A stretch of 64,000 nucleotides of DNA from Minisyncoccota bacterium (GCA_028712565.1 JAQTPW010000002.1:99601-163600); one strand, 5' to 3'. Counted from the first letter of the stretch, positions 42,177 to 54,013 are shown. Numbers and translations: made by a program. Notes: generated from the letters alone by a model not told the origin.

Positions 42177-45100
42177 ATGGAAGAAATAAAAATCAAAAAT
42201 TTTGGGAAGACAAAAGTTTTTCTTCCCCTTCCTTATTTGTTGTCTTTGGAAAAAGAAAGCTGGGCTTGGTTTTGGGAAAAGGGCCTAAAAGAGCTTTTCA
42301 AAGAAATTTCTCCAATTAGAGATTATACAGGAAAAGAATTGGAGCTTTGGTTTTTGGATTATAAATTGGATGCGCCAAAATATAAAGATGATTTGGAAGC
42401 AAGATTGAACAACGATTCTTATGAGGCCGCTCTTAGGGTCAAAACGAGATTAGTTAATCTAAAAACTAAAGAAATAAAAGAGCAGGAAATTTTTCTAACT
42501 GATTTTCCTTTAATGACAGAAAGGGGGACTTTTGTTTTAAACGGAGTGGAAAGAGTGGCAATTTCTCAATTAATCCGTTCCCCGGGAGTATTTATAACCA
42601 GCCAGTCCTCTGGCGGAAGAAATTTATTTGGGGCAAAAGTCATTCCAAACCGGGGAGCTTGGCTGGAATTTGAAACCGAACCCACTGGCTTTATAGGAGT
42701 TAAAATAGACAGAAAAAGAAAAGTTGCCGCAACTACTTTATTGCGGGCTTTTGGCGTTGATAACGATTTGTCTATAAAAGAATTATTCCAGGGGCAAAAC
42801 ACAGGAAAAACAAACTATATAGAAGAAACCTTAAAAAGGGACATAACCCACAATCAAGCCGAAGCTCTGGTTGAAATTTACAGCAGATTAAGGCCGGGAG
42901 ATATGGTTACTCCCGATACCGCAAGAGAACTGATTTGGAATATGTTTTTCAACTTTGAAAGATACGATCTTTCAAAGGTTGGAAGATGGAGGACATGGCA
43001 AAGGCTGCCTGAATTAAAGGTAAAATCAAAAAATAAAAAAGAAAAGGCGGAAGAAGAAATTACAGTTCAGGACAGGGTTTTAAAAATAGAAGACATTGTG
43101 GCTACCATAAAAGAAATCATCAGATTAAATAATGATCCGACTGGAAAGCCAGACCAGATTGACCATTTGGGAAACAGAAGAGTAAGGACTTTGGCAGAAT
43201 TAATGATAAACAGAATGAGAATTGGCTTGGTAAGAATGGAAAGGATTATAAAAGACAGAATGTCGACTTTAGATGTCTATACTTTGGCTCCTCTCCAACT
43301 GATCAATCCGAGGCCGGTTATGGTTGTGATAAAAGAATTTTTTACTTCTTCCCAGCTTTCCCAATTTATGGATAATGAAAATCCTTTGGCAGAACTAGAG
43401 CATAAAAGAAGGTTGTCTGCCACAGGTCCTGGAGGCTTAACTAGAGAAAGAGCAGGTTTTGAAGTAAGGGATGTCCAGCCTAGCCACTATGGAAGAATTT
43501 GTCCTATCCAGACCCCAGAAGGTCCAAACATTGGCTTGGTTTCGCATTTGGCTTCTTTTGCAAGAGTCAATCCTTATGGATTTATCGAAACCCCTTATTT
43601 TAAAGTGGAAAAAGGAAGAGTGACTTCTGATATTCATTATCTTAATGCCTATGAGGAAGAGAGGTATATAATAGCTTCTGGCGCTGTTTTGCTTGATGAA
43701 AAAAGAAATATAATTCTAAAAACCGTGAAGTCCCGAATAAACGGCGAGCCAGGATTGGCTGACAGGGATAATATAGATTATATTGATGTTTCTTCAGAGC
43801 AGTCCATTTCAGTTGCCACTTCTTTGATCCCTTTTTTACAAAACGATGATGCCAATAGGGCTTTAATGGGCTCTAATATGCAGCGGCAAGCTACGCCTTT
43901 ATTATTTCCCGATCCGCCATTGGTTGGAACCGGAGTTGAGGAAAGAGTGGCTCGAGATTCTGGCCAGGAAATAATTGCCAAAGAAGACGGGATTGTTGCC
44001 GAAGTGGACGCAAGCCATATTACTATAAAGCCCAAAGATAAAAGTTTAAAATACGAAACTTATAATTTAAGAAATTTTATCGGAACCAATCAATACACTT
44101 GTTTTCACCAAAGGCCGGTAGTTGCAAAAGGAGATGCGATTAAAAAAGGAGATGTTTTAACAGATGGAGGAGCAATTTCTCGCGGAAGATTGGCTTTGGG
44201 AAAAAATATTTTGGTTGCTTTTACTCCCTGGAGAGGATGGAATTTTGAAGATGCTATTTTAATTTCGGAAAGATTGGTTTCCGGAGATGCCTATACTTCA
44301 ATTCATATTGAAAAATTCGGTTGCGATGTCAGGGAAACAAAATTGGGCCCTGAAGTCACCACTTCCGATATTCCGAATGTTTCAGAAGAAAAATTAAAAG
44401 ATTTGGACGAAGAAGGAATTATCAGGATTGGAGCCGAAGTGGGGCCAAATGATATTTTAGTTGGCAAAATTTCTCCAAAAGGTGAAGCCGATTTGACTGC
44501 TGAAGAAAGATTGTTAAAGGCGATTTTCGGAGAAAAGGCAAGAGAGGTAAAAGACACTTCCCTTTTGATGGAGCATGGCAAGCGGGGGAGAGTTGTCGGA
44601 GTTAAAGTTTTTTCCAGAGACCTTGGGCACAAGCTAGAGCCCGGAATCATAAAAAGAATTGAAGTTGAAATTGCGGAAATGAGAAAAATCCAGTCAGGAG
44701 ATAAATTAGCCGGGCGCCATGGAAACAAGGGAGTAATTTCCAAGGTTTTGCCAGTAGAAGAAATGCCGTTTTTAGAAGATGGAACTCCGGTTGATGTGGT
44801 TTTAAATCCTTTGGGAGTTGTTTCCAGAATGAATTTAGGGCAGATTTTGGAAACTCATTTGGCTTTTGCCGCCAAAAAATTAGGATACTATGCCGCTACT
44901 CCGTCTTTGGCAGGAGCTAACGAGACGGACATAAAAGAAGAATTGAAAAAAGCCGGAATCCCGGAAAATGGGAAAGTTACTCTTTATGATGGCAGAACCG
45001 GTCTTCCATTTTCGGAAAAAATTACCGTAGGCATTATTTATATGATGAAGTTAATCCATATGGTTGAAGATAAAATTCATATGAGATCCATTGGCCCCTA

Positions 45101-45392
45101 TTCTTTGATTACTCAACAGCCGCTGGGAGGAAAAGCCCAGTTTGGAGGCCAGAGATTTGGAGAAATGGAGGTTTGGGCGCTTGAAGGTTATGGGGCAGCC
45201 CATATACTTCAGGAAATGCTGACAATCAAATCTGATGACGTTCCCGGAAGAGCAGCTACTTATGAAGCTATTTTGGAAGGGCAGGATATAAAAGAGCCGA
45301 ATGTTCCCGCTTCTTTTTCTTTGCTAATTTCCGAATTGAAATCTTTAGGATTGAACATCGAATTAAAAGAAAAGCCCCAGGAACAGAAATAA
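42177..45392 (+). CDS. rpoB: DNA-directed RNA polymerase subunit beta
   Basis: 1071 aa with conserved beta-subunit blocks throughout (e.g. GRHGNKGVISK, FGEMEVWALEGYGAA). Confidence 0.98.
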   Translation: MEEIKIKNFGKTKVFLPLPYLLSLEKESWAWFWEKGLKELFKEISPIRDYTGKELELWFLDYKLDAPKYKDDLEARLNNDSYEAALRVKTRLVNLKTKEIKEQEIFLTDFPLMTERGTFVLNGVERVAISQLIRSPGVFITSQSSGGRNLFGAKVIPNRGAWLEFETEPTGFIGVKIDRKRKVAATTLLRAFGVDNDLSIKELFQGQNTGKTNYIEETLKRDITHNQAEALVEIYSRLRPGDMVTPDTARELIWNMFFNFERYDLSKVGRWRTWQRLPELKVKSKNKKEKAEEEITVQDRVLKIEDIVATIKEIIRLNNDPTGKPDQIDHLGNRRVRTLAELMINRMRIGLVRMERIIKDRMSTLDVYTLAPLQLINPRPVMVVIKEFFTSSQLSQFMDNENPLAELEHKRRLSATGPGGLTRERAGFEVRDVQPSHYGRICPIQTPEGPNIGLVSHLASFARVNPYGFIETPYFKVEKGRVTSDIHYLNAYEEERYIIASGAVLLDEKRNIILKTVKSRINGEPGLADRDNIDYIDVSSEQSISVATSLIPFLQNDDANRALMGSNMQRQATPLLFPDPPLVGTGVEERVARDSGQEIIAKEDGIVAEVDASHITIKPKDKSLKYETYNLRNFIGTNQYTCFHQRPVVAKGDAIKKGDVLTDGGAISRGRLALGKNILVAFTPWRGWNFEDAILISERLVSGDAYTSIHIEKFGCDVRETKLGPEVTTSDIPNVSEEKLKDLDEEGIIRIGAEVGPNDILVGKISPKGEADLTAEERLLKAIFGEKAREVKDTSLLMEHGKRGRVVGVKVFSRDLGHKLEPGIIKRIEVEIAEMRKIQSGDKLAGRHGNKGVISKVLPVEEMPFLEDGTPVDVVLNPLGVVSRMNLGQILETHLAFAAKKLGYYAATPSLAGANETDIKEELKKAGIPENGKVTLYDGRTGLPFSEKITVGIIYMMKLIHMVEDKIHMRSIGPYSLITQQPLGGKAQFGGQRFGEMEVWALEGYGAAHILQEMLTIKSDDVPGRAATYEAILEGQDIKEPNVPASFSLLISELKSLGLNIELKEKPQEQK

Positions 45393-45431
45393 TTTTAATT
45401 TGAGCTAAAAATTAATTTTTTAAATTATTTT

Positions 45432-48400
45432 ATGAAAGTATCAGATTTAGAATCAATAAAAATAAAAATTGCCTCTCCTGACAATATTTTAAGCTGGTCT
45501 CATGGGGAAGTGACAAAGCCCGAAACTATAAACTACCGCACCCAAAGGGCGGAAAAAGACGGTCTTTTTTGCGAGAAAATTTTCGGCCCTGAAAAAGATT
45601 ACGAATGTTATTGCGGAAAGTACAGAAGAATAAGATATAAGGGAATTGTCTGCGACCGTTGCGGAGTTGAAGTGACAAAGTCGCAAGTAAGAAGAGAAAG
45701 GATGGGCCATATAAAATTAGCCAGCCCCTGCGCGCATATCTGGTTTTTAAAAGGAGTTCCCTCTTCTGTGGGAATGGTTTTGGACATGCCAATGGCGCAA
45801 TTGGAAAGGGTGATTTATTTTGCCGCTTATATTATAACTAATGTAAATCCGGAAGCGAAAAAAAATACTTTGGAGGAAATTGAGAAAGAATATAAGCAAA
45901 AAACAAAAAACATAAAATCTAAGGCAAAAACAAAAAAAGAAGAAAAGTCAGGGCTTGAAGAGCTGACTGCCCTAAGAGATCGGGCAAAAACCGAAGTTGC
46001 GAATTTGAATTTTCTCCGCGTTTTATCCGAAGTGGAATATCATGATTTGTCTTTAAAATATGGAGAGATATTTGAAGCAGGCACTGGAACAGAAACTTTA
46101 AGAAAGATTTTTGAAAAAGTAGATTTAAAAAAGGAAATTGAAAAACTAAAAAAAGACATTGAAGAATCTACTCCGGCAAACAGGAGGAAATTATTGAGGA
46201 GATTAAAATTTTTGCAGGGAATGATAGATAGCAGCCTTCGTCCAGAATGGATGTTTTTAACGGCATTACCTGTCTTGCCTCCGGATTTAAGGCCAATGGT
46301 CCAGTTAGACGGCGGAAGATACGCTTCGTCCGATTTGAATGATTTGTACAGGAGAGTCATTAACAGGAACAACCGCTTAAAATATCTTTTGGAAATAAAT
46401 GCGCCAGACGTCATAGTCAGAAATGAAAAAAGGATGCTGCAGGAAGCAGTAGACGCTTTGATTGATAATGGGATGAGAAAGGGAACTACCACTCAGGCAA
46501 CAACTGGCGGCAGAAGATTATTAAAGTCCTTGGCTGATATGCTAAAAGGAAAGCAAGGAAGATTCCGCCAGAATCTTTTAGGCAAAAGAGTTGATTATTC
46601 TGGAAGGTCGGTAATTGTTGTTGGTCCTGAATTGCGGTTGAACCAATGCGGCTTGCCAAAACAAATGGCTTTGGAGCTTTTCAAACCCTTTGTAATAAGA
46701 AAAATTCTTGAAAAAGAATTAGCTTATAATGTCAGAGGCGCCTCAAGATTAATTGAAGAAGAAACCGACGAGGTCTGGGCAATCCTGGAAGAAGAAGTAA
46801 AAGGAAAATTGGTTTTATTAAACAGAGCTCCCACTTTGCACAGACTTGGGATTCAGGCATTTCAGCCGGTCTTAATTGAAGGAGAATCAATCAGGATACA
46901 TCCTTTGGTCTGCAAGGCCTTTAATGCTGATTTTGATGGAGACCAGATGGCTGTCCATTTGCCGCTTTCGACTGAAGCGCAAACTGAGGCAAGAGAAATT
47001 ATGATGTCTTCATTAAATCTTCTAAAGCCGGCAACCGGGACCCCAATAGTTACTTTATACCAAGATATTTCTCTGGGGTGCTATTGGCTGACAAATATTA
47101 TAGAATCAGGAGAAATTATTTCAAAAATTTACGGCTCTCCCAAAGAAGCAGTTTTAGCTTATGAATTTGGAGATATTTCTATTAAAGAAAAAATAAAGGC
47201 CAAGGGAATAAAGGGGAAAGACCCAAATGAATTTGTGGAGACTTGTGTAGGCCGAATTTTATTTAATGAAACTTTGCCTGCTGACTATCCTTACCAAAAT
47301 TCGCTTATTAAAGTAAAAGATCTGGAAAAAATAACCAGCAGAATTATTTCAAAATACGGATTGGAAATAGCAGAGATTACCTTGGACAAAATAAAGAATT
47401 TGGGGTTTGAATACGCGACAAAGTCAGGGATTAGCTGGGGAATTGATGATTTGGTTATCCCTCCTGAAAAAGGAAAGATTATTGAAGGGGCTGAAAAAGA
47501 AATCAGCCAAGTTGAGGATCATTACCAAAAAGGACTTCTTTCAAAGGAGGAAAAAATTGCCAAAGTTATTGAAATTTGGACAAAAGCGAAATCAGAAGTT
47601 GAAAAACTGGTTCCTCAAGCTTTGCCTAAAAACGGATCTGTTTTCCAAATTGTGGATTCGGGTTCCAGAGGATCTTGGAGCCAGCCAGTCCAGATGGCAG
47701 GGATGAAGGGATTGGTTATAAATCCTGTCGGCCAGATTATTGAATTGCCTGTCATCAGCTCTTTTAAGGAAGGGTTTGATGTTTTGGAATACTTTATTTC
47801 AACGCACGGGGCCAGAAAAGGAACAGCTGATACGGCTTTAAGAACCTCAACTGCCGGGTATTTGACCAGAAGGCTAATTGATGTTGCCCACGAAATAATA
47901 GTTTTTGAAGAAGATTGCAAAACAATAAAAGGAATTGAAATTTCAAGGAAAGAAGCTGACGATCTCGGCCAGAATTATGTTTCAAAAATTGTGGGAAGAG
48001 TAACTTTGGAAGATATAAAATCAGGCCCGGCAAAGCCGGAAAATCAGAGGGCAAAAACAATTGCCAAAGCTGGAGAAATTATTGATTGGGAAAAAGCCGA
48101 GGAAATCGTGGCAACAGGTGTTGAAAAGGTTAATATTAGAAGCCCTCTAAGCTGCAATTCTACAAGAGGCGTTTGCCAAAAATGCTATGGTTGGGATTTA
48201 GGCGCAAATAAGTTAGTAAAAATAGGAGAAGCGGTAGGAACGGTTGCGGCTCAGGCAATTGGGGAGCCGGGAACTCAACTGACAATGAGAACCTTTCATA
48301 CGGGTGGAGTAGCTGGAGGAGGGGATATTACTTTTGGTTTGCCAAGAGTCCAGGAAGTTTTTGAGGCGAGAATCCCCGGAGGAAAAGCTGAAATTTCCGA

Positions 48401-49043
48401 AGTTGATGGAAAGATTTTGGAAATAAATCCTGACAGGATTATAAAAATAAAAGCGGAAAGCGCAGACCCAAAAAGCAAAAAGAAAGAAGTTTTGGAATAC
48501 AGAATCCCATTAAAAAGCGCAATTTTGGTTTCCGTGGGCCAAGATGTTAAAAAGGGAGACCAACTTTGCGAAGGAAGTTTGGATCTAAAGGAATTATTCA
48601 AAATGGTTGGCGTCTCTAAAACCCAGCGCTATATTGTCAATGAAATCCAAAAAATTTATGTTTCCCAAGGAGCTCAAATTCATGACAAGCATATTGAAGT
48701 TATTGTCAAACAAATGTTTTCCAGAGTAAGGATAAAAGATATTGGCGCTTCTTCTTTCACCCCCGGAGAAATTGTGGAAAAATCAGAATTTTTAGAAAAA
48801 AATGCGGCTTTAAGAAAAGCCGGAAAAGAAACTGCAACCTGCGTTCCTATTCTGCTCGGAATTTCTCGGGTTTCTTTGACCACAGATTCTTTCTTATCTG
48901 CTGCTTCTTTCCAGGAAACATCAAGGGTTTTGATAAAAGCTTCTCTTGAGGGGAAAGAAGACAAGCTAAGGGGTTTGAAAGAGAATGTCATAATTGGAAA
49001 ACTAATCCCAGCTGGAACTGGCTTTAAGAAAGAAGAGAAATAA
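45432..49043 (+). CDS. rpoC: DNA-directed RNA polymerase subunit beta'
   Basis: 1203 aa. Zinc motif CYCGKY...CDRCGVEV and catalytic NADFDGDQM. Confidence 0.98.
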   Translation: MKVSDLESIKIKIASPDNILSWSHGEVTKPETINYRTQRAEKDGLFCEKIFGPEKDYECYCGKYRRIRYKGIVCDRCGVEVTKSQVRRERMGHIKLASPCAHIWFLKGVPSSVGMVLDMPMAQLERVIYFAAYIITNVNPEAKKNTLEEIEKEYKQKTKNIKSKAKTKKEEKSGLEELTALRDRAKTEVANLNFLRVLSEVEYHDLSLKYGEIFEAGTGTETLRKIFEKVDLKKEIEKLKKDIEESTPANRRKLLRRLKFLQGMIDSSLRPEWMFLTALPVLPPDLRPMVQLDGGRYASSDLNDLYRRVINRNNRLKYLLEINAPDVIVRNEKRMLQEAVDALIDNGMRKGTTTQATTGGRRLLKSLADMLKGKQGRFRQNLLGKRVDYSGRSVIVVGPELRLNQCGLPKQMALELFKPFVIRKILEKELAYNVRGASRLIEEETDEVWAILEEEVKGKLVLLNRAPTLHRLGIQAFQPVLIEGESIRIHPLVCKAFNADFDGDQMAVHLPLSTEAQTEAREIMMSSLNLLKPATGTPIVTLYQDISLGCYWLTNIIESGEIISKIYGSPKEAVLAYEFGDISIKEKIKAKGIKGKDPNEFVETCVGRILFNETLPADYPYQNSLIKVKDLEKITSRIISKYGLEIAEITLDKIKNLGFEYATKSGISWGIDDLVIPPEKGKIIEGAEKEISQVEDHYQKGLLSKEEKIAKVIEIWTKAKSEVEKLVPQALPKNGSVFQIVDSGSRGSWSQPVQMAGMKGLVINPVGQIIELPVISSFKEGFDVLEYFISTHGARKGTADTALRTSTAGYLTRRLIDVAHEIIVFEEDCKTIKGIEISRKEADDLGQNYVSKIVGRVTLEDIKSGPAKPENQRAKTIAKAGEIIDWEKAEEIVATGVEKVNIRSPLSCNSTRGVCQKCYGWDLGANKLVKIGEAVGTVAAQAIGEPGTQLTMRTFHTGGVAGGGDITFGLPRVQEVFEARIPGGKAEISEVDGKILEINPDRIIKIKAESADPKSKKKEVLEYRIPLKSAILVSVGQDVKKGDQLCEGSLDLKELFKMVGVSKTQRYIVNEIQKIYVSQGAQIHDKHIEVIVKQMFSRVRIKDIGASSFTPGEIVEKSEFLEKNAALRKAGKETATCVPILLGISRVSLTTDSFLSAASFQETSRVLIKASLEGKEDKLRGLKENVIIGKLIPAGTGFKKEEK

Positions 49044-49072
49044 AGCTCGGCAGTCTATTCAGGGAGCACGGC
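48990..49072 (+). repeat. Direct repeat copy 1: last 54 nt of rpoC (including stop) plus 29 nt
   Basis: Identical to 49238-49291 plus 49301-49329 (copy 2 has a 9-nt insertion, attgaaggg). Confidence 0.9.
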
Positions 49073-49205
49073 GTCGGCTTATATGGTAATAAAATTAATT
49101 TCCCGCCGCGCCTATCACTCGCCAAACATTAATTCTTTAATAGCTCATTCTTGGTCAAATGTTTGGCTCCGTAATGCTCCCTTCATATCCTGCCTAGCTC
49201 TTTTT
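49044..49205 (+). other. Highly structured ~160-nt RNA-like segment directly after the rpoC stop (unassigned)
   Basis: AGCUCGGCAG pairs with CUGCCUAGCU. AGGGAGCA pairs with UGCUCCCU. Inner hairpins are CGGCG...CGCCG and GCCAAACAUU...AAUGUUUGGC. CUUUUU follows. Confidence 0.45.
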
Positions 49206-49237
49206 AGAGATTCATTTTTTACTGAAAATTTAATTCT

Positions 49238-49329
49238 ATAATTGGAAAACTAATCCCAGCTGGAACTGGCTTTAAGAAAGAAGAGAAATAAATTGAAGGG
49301 AGCTCGGCAGTCTATTCAGGGAGCACGGC
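49238..49329 (+). repeat. Direct repeat copy 2: non-functional relic of the rpoC 3' end
   Basis: Encodes IIGKLIPAGTGFKKEEK* but is preceded by an in-frame TGA five codons upstream. Confidence 0.9.
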
Positions 49330-49415
49330 AAGGGTTGGAGTGTTTAATTTTATATCTAAAAATCTTTTTGGCTGGGTTTTGGGATGAATGAATGGTATAA
49401 TGAATTAAGAAAAAA

Positions 49416-51563
49416 GTGGCCAAAAATAAAAATCAAAAAAACTTTCAAAAGAAAGCAAAAAAAACAATAAGAATCCCAAAAATTTATTTGCCCGAAGAGG
49501 CAAAAAACTGGATTTGGGGGATTTTATTGTTTATTTTTGCTTCTGTTTTTTTGCTTTCTTTTTTCCATTTGGCAGGAATCGCTGGAGATAAATTAAACGA
49601 ACTTCTTCAAATTTTTATTGGGAAGACCTTTTATCTAATGCCCTTAATTTTTGTTTTGGGCGGAGCGGTTTTTTTTACAACGAAAAACAAAAAATTTATC
49701 GGCCCTACAGTTTTGGCAATTTTAATTTTGGTTTTGGGAATTTCGGGAATTCTTGAGGGGCTTAATCTTAAACCCAGAGACGGGGGGCTTTTGGGATATG
49801 TAATCGCTTTTCCCTTTTTGAAATTTTTCAGCCCTTGGGTAAGCCATATTGTTTTTGGCTCCTTTATTGTTTTTGGCGGATTAATATTTTGGTATCTTTT
49901 AAAAGGATTTGCAAATTCCGCGCCCGTTTCTGAAAAAGATGATGACCTGAAGGAAAAATCCGAAGCTGCTTCCCAGAAGCCGTCTTTTTTGAAAAAAATA
50001 TTTTTTCCAAAGTTTAAGATAAAAGAAATAGAGCCAAAAGATCAAGCTTTGGAAACAAGGCCCGCAAAGCCGCCGGAATTAAAAACAAAAGAGCAGGAAG
50101 TTTCCAGCCCCACATTTCCCTATCAGGCTCCGCCAATAGATTTGCTTGATTCTGGAAAAGAATCGCCAACGAGCGGAGACATTAGGGCGAATTCAGCAAT
50201 AATTAAAAAAACCCTGCAAAATTTTGATATTTCAGTGGAGATGTCAGAGGTGAACATAGGTCCCACTGTGACTCAATACAGTTTTAAACCCGCAGAGGGA
50301 GTTAAATTATCAAAAATTACGGGCCTATCCAATGATTTGTCTTTATCCTTGGCTGCCCATCCCATAAGAATAGAAGCTCCGATTCCCGGAAGATCTTTGG
50401 TTGGAGTTGAAGTTCCAAACAGAGTTAGGGCAAAAGTAAGGTTAAGAGATTTGGTGGCAAACCCTATTTTTCAGCAATCCTCGTCAATTTTAAATCTGGT
50501 TTTAGGAAGAGATGTTTCGGGAAGCCCGGTTTATGCAGACATTTCACGAATGCCGCATTTATTAATTGGCGGCAGCACAGGAACGGGGAAAACCATATTT
50601 TTAAACAGTTTGATTTTGTCTCTTATTTACAGAAATTCTCCGGAAATGCTGAATTTTATTTTAATTGACCCAAAAAGAGTGGAGTTCCCGGTTTATAATG
50701 ATTTGCCGCATTTATTGGCTCCAGTAATTCTCGATGCTTCAAGGGCAGTGAATGCTTTGAAATGGCTGATTTCAGAAATGGAAAGAAGATTTGATGTGTT
50801 GTCTGCGGCAAAGGCCAGAGATATTTTAAGCTACAACCAGCAAATTGCGGAAAAAAGCGAGGTTCTGCCTTACATTGTTGTAATCATTGATGAATTGGCA
50901 GATTTAATGGCAGCAAGAGGCAGAGACATGGAGGCCGGCATTGTAAGATTGGCCCAAATGGCAAGAGCTGTGGGAATTCATTTGGTAGTAGCAACCCAGC
51001 GGCCTTCTGTTGAAGTGATTACGGGTTTGATAAAAGCCAATATTACTTCAAGGGTTACTTTTCAGGTTGCATCTCAAGTTGATTCAAGAACTGTTTTGGA
51101 TGCAGCCGGAGCGGAAAAACTTTTGGGAGCAGGAGATTTGCTTTTTATTTCTGCCGAAATCGGAAAACCAAAAAGAATACAGGGAGCTTATGTTTCTGAT
51201 AAGGAAGTAAAAAGAGTTGTAAATTATATAAAATCAAAAAACATAAAACCGGAATATAAAATAGGCGAAGAAGTTTTAGAAAACCAATTAAGGGAGGACT
51301 TGGAAAAAAGTTTGGACATGCCAGAGAGCGAATTTGACGGATCTTATGGAGACGACCCGCTTTATGAAGAGGCGCAAAGGGTAGTGACCGAAGCCAGAAA
51401 AGCCTCGGCTTCTCTTTTGCAAAGAAGATTGAGAATAGGCTATGCCAGAGCCGCAAGATTAATTGATATGTTAGAGGAAAAAGGCGTGGTTGGGCCGGGA
51501 GAGGGGGCAAAGCCAAGGGAAGTTTTTGTTGCTGCGGAAGAAGAAAAAACGGAAATTATATAA
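49416..51563 (+). CDS. ftsK: DNA translocase FtsK/SpoIIIE
   Basis: GTG start. N-terminal TM helices, motor domain with GSTGTGKT, and a C-terminal gamma wHTH ([18 protein letters not shown]). Confidence 0.93.
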   Translation: MAKNKNQKNFQKKAKKTIRIPKIYLPEEAKNWIWGILLFIFASVFLLSFFHLAGIAGDKLNELLQIFIGKTFYLMPLIFVLGGAVFFTTKNKKFIGPTVLAILILVLGISGILEGLNLKPRDGGLLGYVIAFPFLKFFSPWVSHIVFGSFIVFGGLIFWYLLKGFANSAPVSEKDDDLKEKSEAASQKPSFLKKIFFPKFKIKEIEPKDQALETRPAKPPELKTKEQEVSSPTFPYQAPPIDLLDSGKESPTSGDIRANSAIIKKTLQNFDISVEMSEVNIGPTVTQYSFKPAEGVKLSKITGLSNDLSLSLAAHPIRIEAPIPGRSLVGVEVPNRVRAKVRLRDLVANPIFQQSSSILNLVLGRDVSGSPVYADISRMPHLLIGGSTGTGKTIFLNSLILSLIYRNSPEMLNFILIDPKRVEFPVYNDLPHLLAPVILDASRAVNALKWLISEMERRFDVLSAAKARDILSYNQQIAEKSEVLPYIVVIIDELADLMAARGRDMEAGIVRLAQMARAVGIHLVVATQRPSVEVITGLIKANITSRVTFQVASQVDSRTVLDAAGAEKLLGAGDLLFISAEIGKPKRIQGAYVSDKEVKRVVNYIKSKNIKPEYKIGEEVLENQLREDLEKSLDMPESEFDGSYGDDPLYEEAQRVVTEARKASASLLQRRLRIGYARAARLIDMLEEKGVVGPGEGAKPREVFVAAEEEKTEII

Positions 51564-51598
51564 TTTTGCAAAATAATTTTTTAATATATAATAAAAAA

Positions 51599-52615
51599 AT
51601 GGCAAAGCAAAAAAAAGAAAATTCTCCAGCCGAAAACGAAGAAAAAAAAGAATTGCAAAATGCTGTTGACGAAATAAAACAAAGGTTTGGCGAGGGGGCA
51701 ATTATGAAATTAAAAGAAGCAAAGCCGGTTAATGTTGATGTGGTTCCAACCGGATCTATTTCTATGGACTTGGCTTTGGGTGTTGGGGGAGTGCCGCGGG
51801 GCAGAGTAATTGAAATTTTTGGCCCTGAATCCAGTGGAAAAACAACGCTTGCTTTGCATATTTTGTCTGAGGCACAGAAAAAAGGCGGAGTGGGAGCTTT
51901 TGTTGACGCAGAACATGCTTTGGATCCCGAATATGCAAAAAGAATTGGAGTAAATGTTGATGAATTATTGATTTCCCAACCCGATTCTGGAGAACAGGCC
52001 TTGCAAATTGTGGAGACTTTGGTTAATTCCGGGGAGGTTGACGTAATAGTAGTGGATTCGGTTGCGGCTTTGGTTCCTCAAAAAGAAATAGAGGGAGAAA
52101 TGGGCGAGTTTCAAATAGGATTGCAGGCGAGATTAATGTCTCAGGCATTGCGAAAACTTTCCGGCATTGTGGCAAAAACCAAAACCATAGTTATATTTTT
52201 AAATCAGACAAGAATGAAAATCGGCATTATGTTTGGAAATCCGGAAACAACCCCCGGAGGTTTGGCTTTGAAATTTTACGCATCAGTCCGAATAGATTTA
52301 AGGAGAACCGCCCAGATAAAACACGGAGATGAGATCATAGGAAATAGGGTAAGGGCCAAAATTGTTAAAAACAAAGTGGCAGCCCCTTTTAAAATTGCTG
52401 AATTTGATATTTATTATAACGAAGGGATTTCCTATTTGGGAGATTTGCTGAATGCAGGATTAAAATACGAGCTGGTAAAAAAAATGGGAAGTTGGCTCCA
52501 GTTTGAAGAAATAAAGCTTGGGCAGGGCATGGAACAGAGCAAAGAATTTTTAAAAGAAAATCCGGATGTTACAAAAAAAATAAAAAAAGCCGTGTTGGAA
52601 CAAGGATTAAAATAA
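51599..52615 (+). CDS. recA: Recombinase RecA
   Basis: [12 protein letters not shown] Walker A and typical RecA core. Start at the ATG at 51599 (MAKQKKENS). Confidence 0.97.
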   Translation: MAKQKKENSPAENEEKKELQNAVDEIKQRFGEGAIMKLKEAKPVNVDVVPTGSISMDLALGVGGVPRGRVIEIFGPESSGKTTLALHILSEAQKKGGVGAFVDAEHALDPEYAKRIGVNVDELLISQPDSGEQALQIVETLVNSGEVDVIVVDSVAALVPQKEIEGEMGEFQIGLQARLMSQALRKLSGIVAKTKTIVIFLNQTRMKIGIMFGNPETTPGGLALKFYASVRIDLRRTAQIKHGDEIIGNRVRAKIVKNKVAAPFKIAEFDIYYNEGISYLGDLLNAGLKYELVKKMGSWLQFEEIKLGQGMEQSKEFLKENPDVTKKIKKAVLEQGLK

Positions 52616-52625
52616 AAAAAGAAAC

Positions 52626-52651
52626 AAAAACAGCCCTCGAGGGCTGTTTTT
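52626..52651. terminator. Bidirectional rho-independent terminator (recA / rpsR)
   Basis: AAAAACAGCCCUCGAGGGCUGUUUUU. Confidence 0.8.
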
Positions 52652-52652
52652 G

Positions 52653-52856
52653 TTAGGGCTGCCTCGTAGTAGAGGACAAAAGCCCCAAGTGCCTTGCTCT
52701 CTTTATCGCGTTGGATAATTTTCTTTGGTGCTTTGCGCAGTTTCCGGTTCTTTTTTTTGACTTGATTTTAGCCAAACCCGAAATAAACCGCTTTAGTAAA
52801 TCAGTTTCTTTAAAATCGATTTCTCTTATATTGTGCTGACAAAAATAACAAGCCAT
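52653..52856 (-). CDS. rpsR: 30S ribosomal protein S18
   Basis: CYFC...IDFKETDLLKRFIS...HQRKLSNAIKRARHLGLL. Confidence 0.93.
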   Translation of the reverse strand: MACYFCQHNIREIDFKETDLLKRFISGLAKIKSKKRTGNCAKHQRKLSNAIKRARHLGLLSSTTRQP

Positions 52857-52965
52857 AAAATTAAATTTCTAATTTTTAATATCTAATTTCTAAACAAATA
52901 TCGAATTCTAAAATTCAAATTTCAAACCCGTTTAGGGTTTAGAAATTAAGATTTAGGATTTTTAG

Positions 52966-53536
<571 letters not shown>

Positions 53537-53540
53537 CATC

Positions 53541-53960
53541 TTACTCACCTAAAATTTCTTCTAATTTTTTTTCAATTTCTTTTATTTCGACCTTTTTAGG
53601 TTTTTCAGTTGCTTTTGCAGTTTCTTCAGCGGCTTTTAGAATGGGCCTTCTTCTTTTAGCTTCTAAGGGTTTTTGCGCTTTTTTATTTAAAATTGCGTAG
53701 CGAATTATTTTTTCCTCGGATTTTAATTTTTTTTCCAAATCCATTATTTTTTCCGGCAAAAAATGAAAATCAAGGCTAGCCAGATACGCAACATCCTGTT
53801 TTTTTACCCTCTGGTCAATCCTTTTTTTTGCGATATCAAAAATCTTATCCAAGGTTCCCTGATTTTCAACTACGAAAGAATTGATTCTTTCTTGCAGAGA
53901 TTTGGCATCTTCTTCGTTCAAATCCGGCAATATTAAATAATTAAGTTGGTATTGTTTCAT
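53541..53960 (-). CDS. rpsF: 30S ribosomal protein S6 (with K/E-rich C-terminal tail)
   Basis: MKQYQLNYLILPDL S6-like N-terminus. Position at the head of the rpsF-ssb-rpsR operon. Confidence 0.8.
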   Translation of the reverse strand: MKQYQLNYLILPDLNEEDAKSLQERINSFVVENQGTLDKIFDIAKKRIDQRVKKQDVAYLASLDFHFLPEKIMDLEKKLKSEEKIIRYAILNKKAQKPLEAKRRRPILKAAEETAKATEKPKKVEIKEIEKKLEEILGE

Positions 53961-53984
53961 ATTTGTTTTTTAATTACAAAACCA

Positions 53985-54013
53985 TAATACCTTGTTATAA
54001 GCCCAATGTCAAC
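53985..54013 (-). promoter_or_regulatory. Promoter of the rpsF-ssb-rpsR operon
   Basis: Minus strand reads TTGACA-17 nt-TATTAT. Confidence 0.55.
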
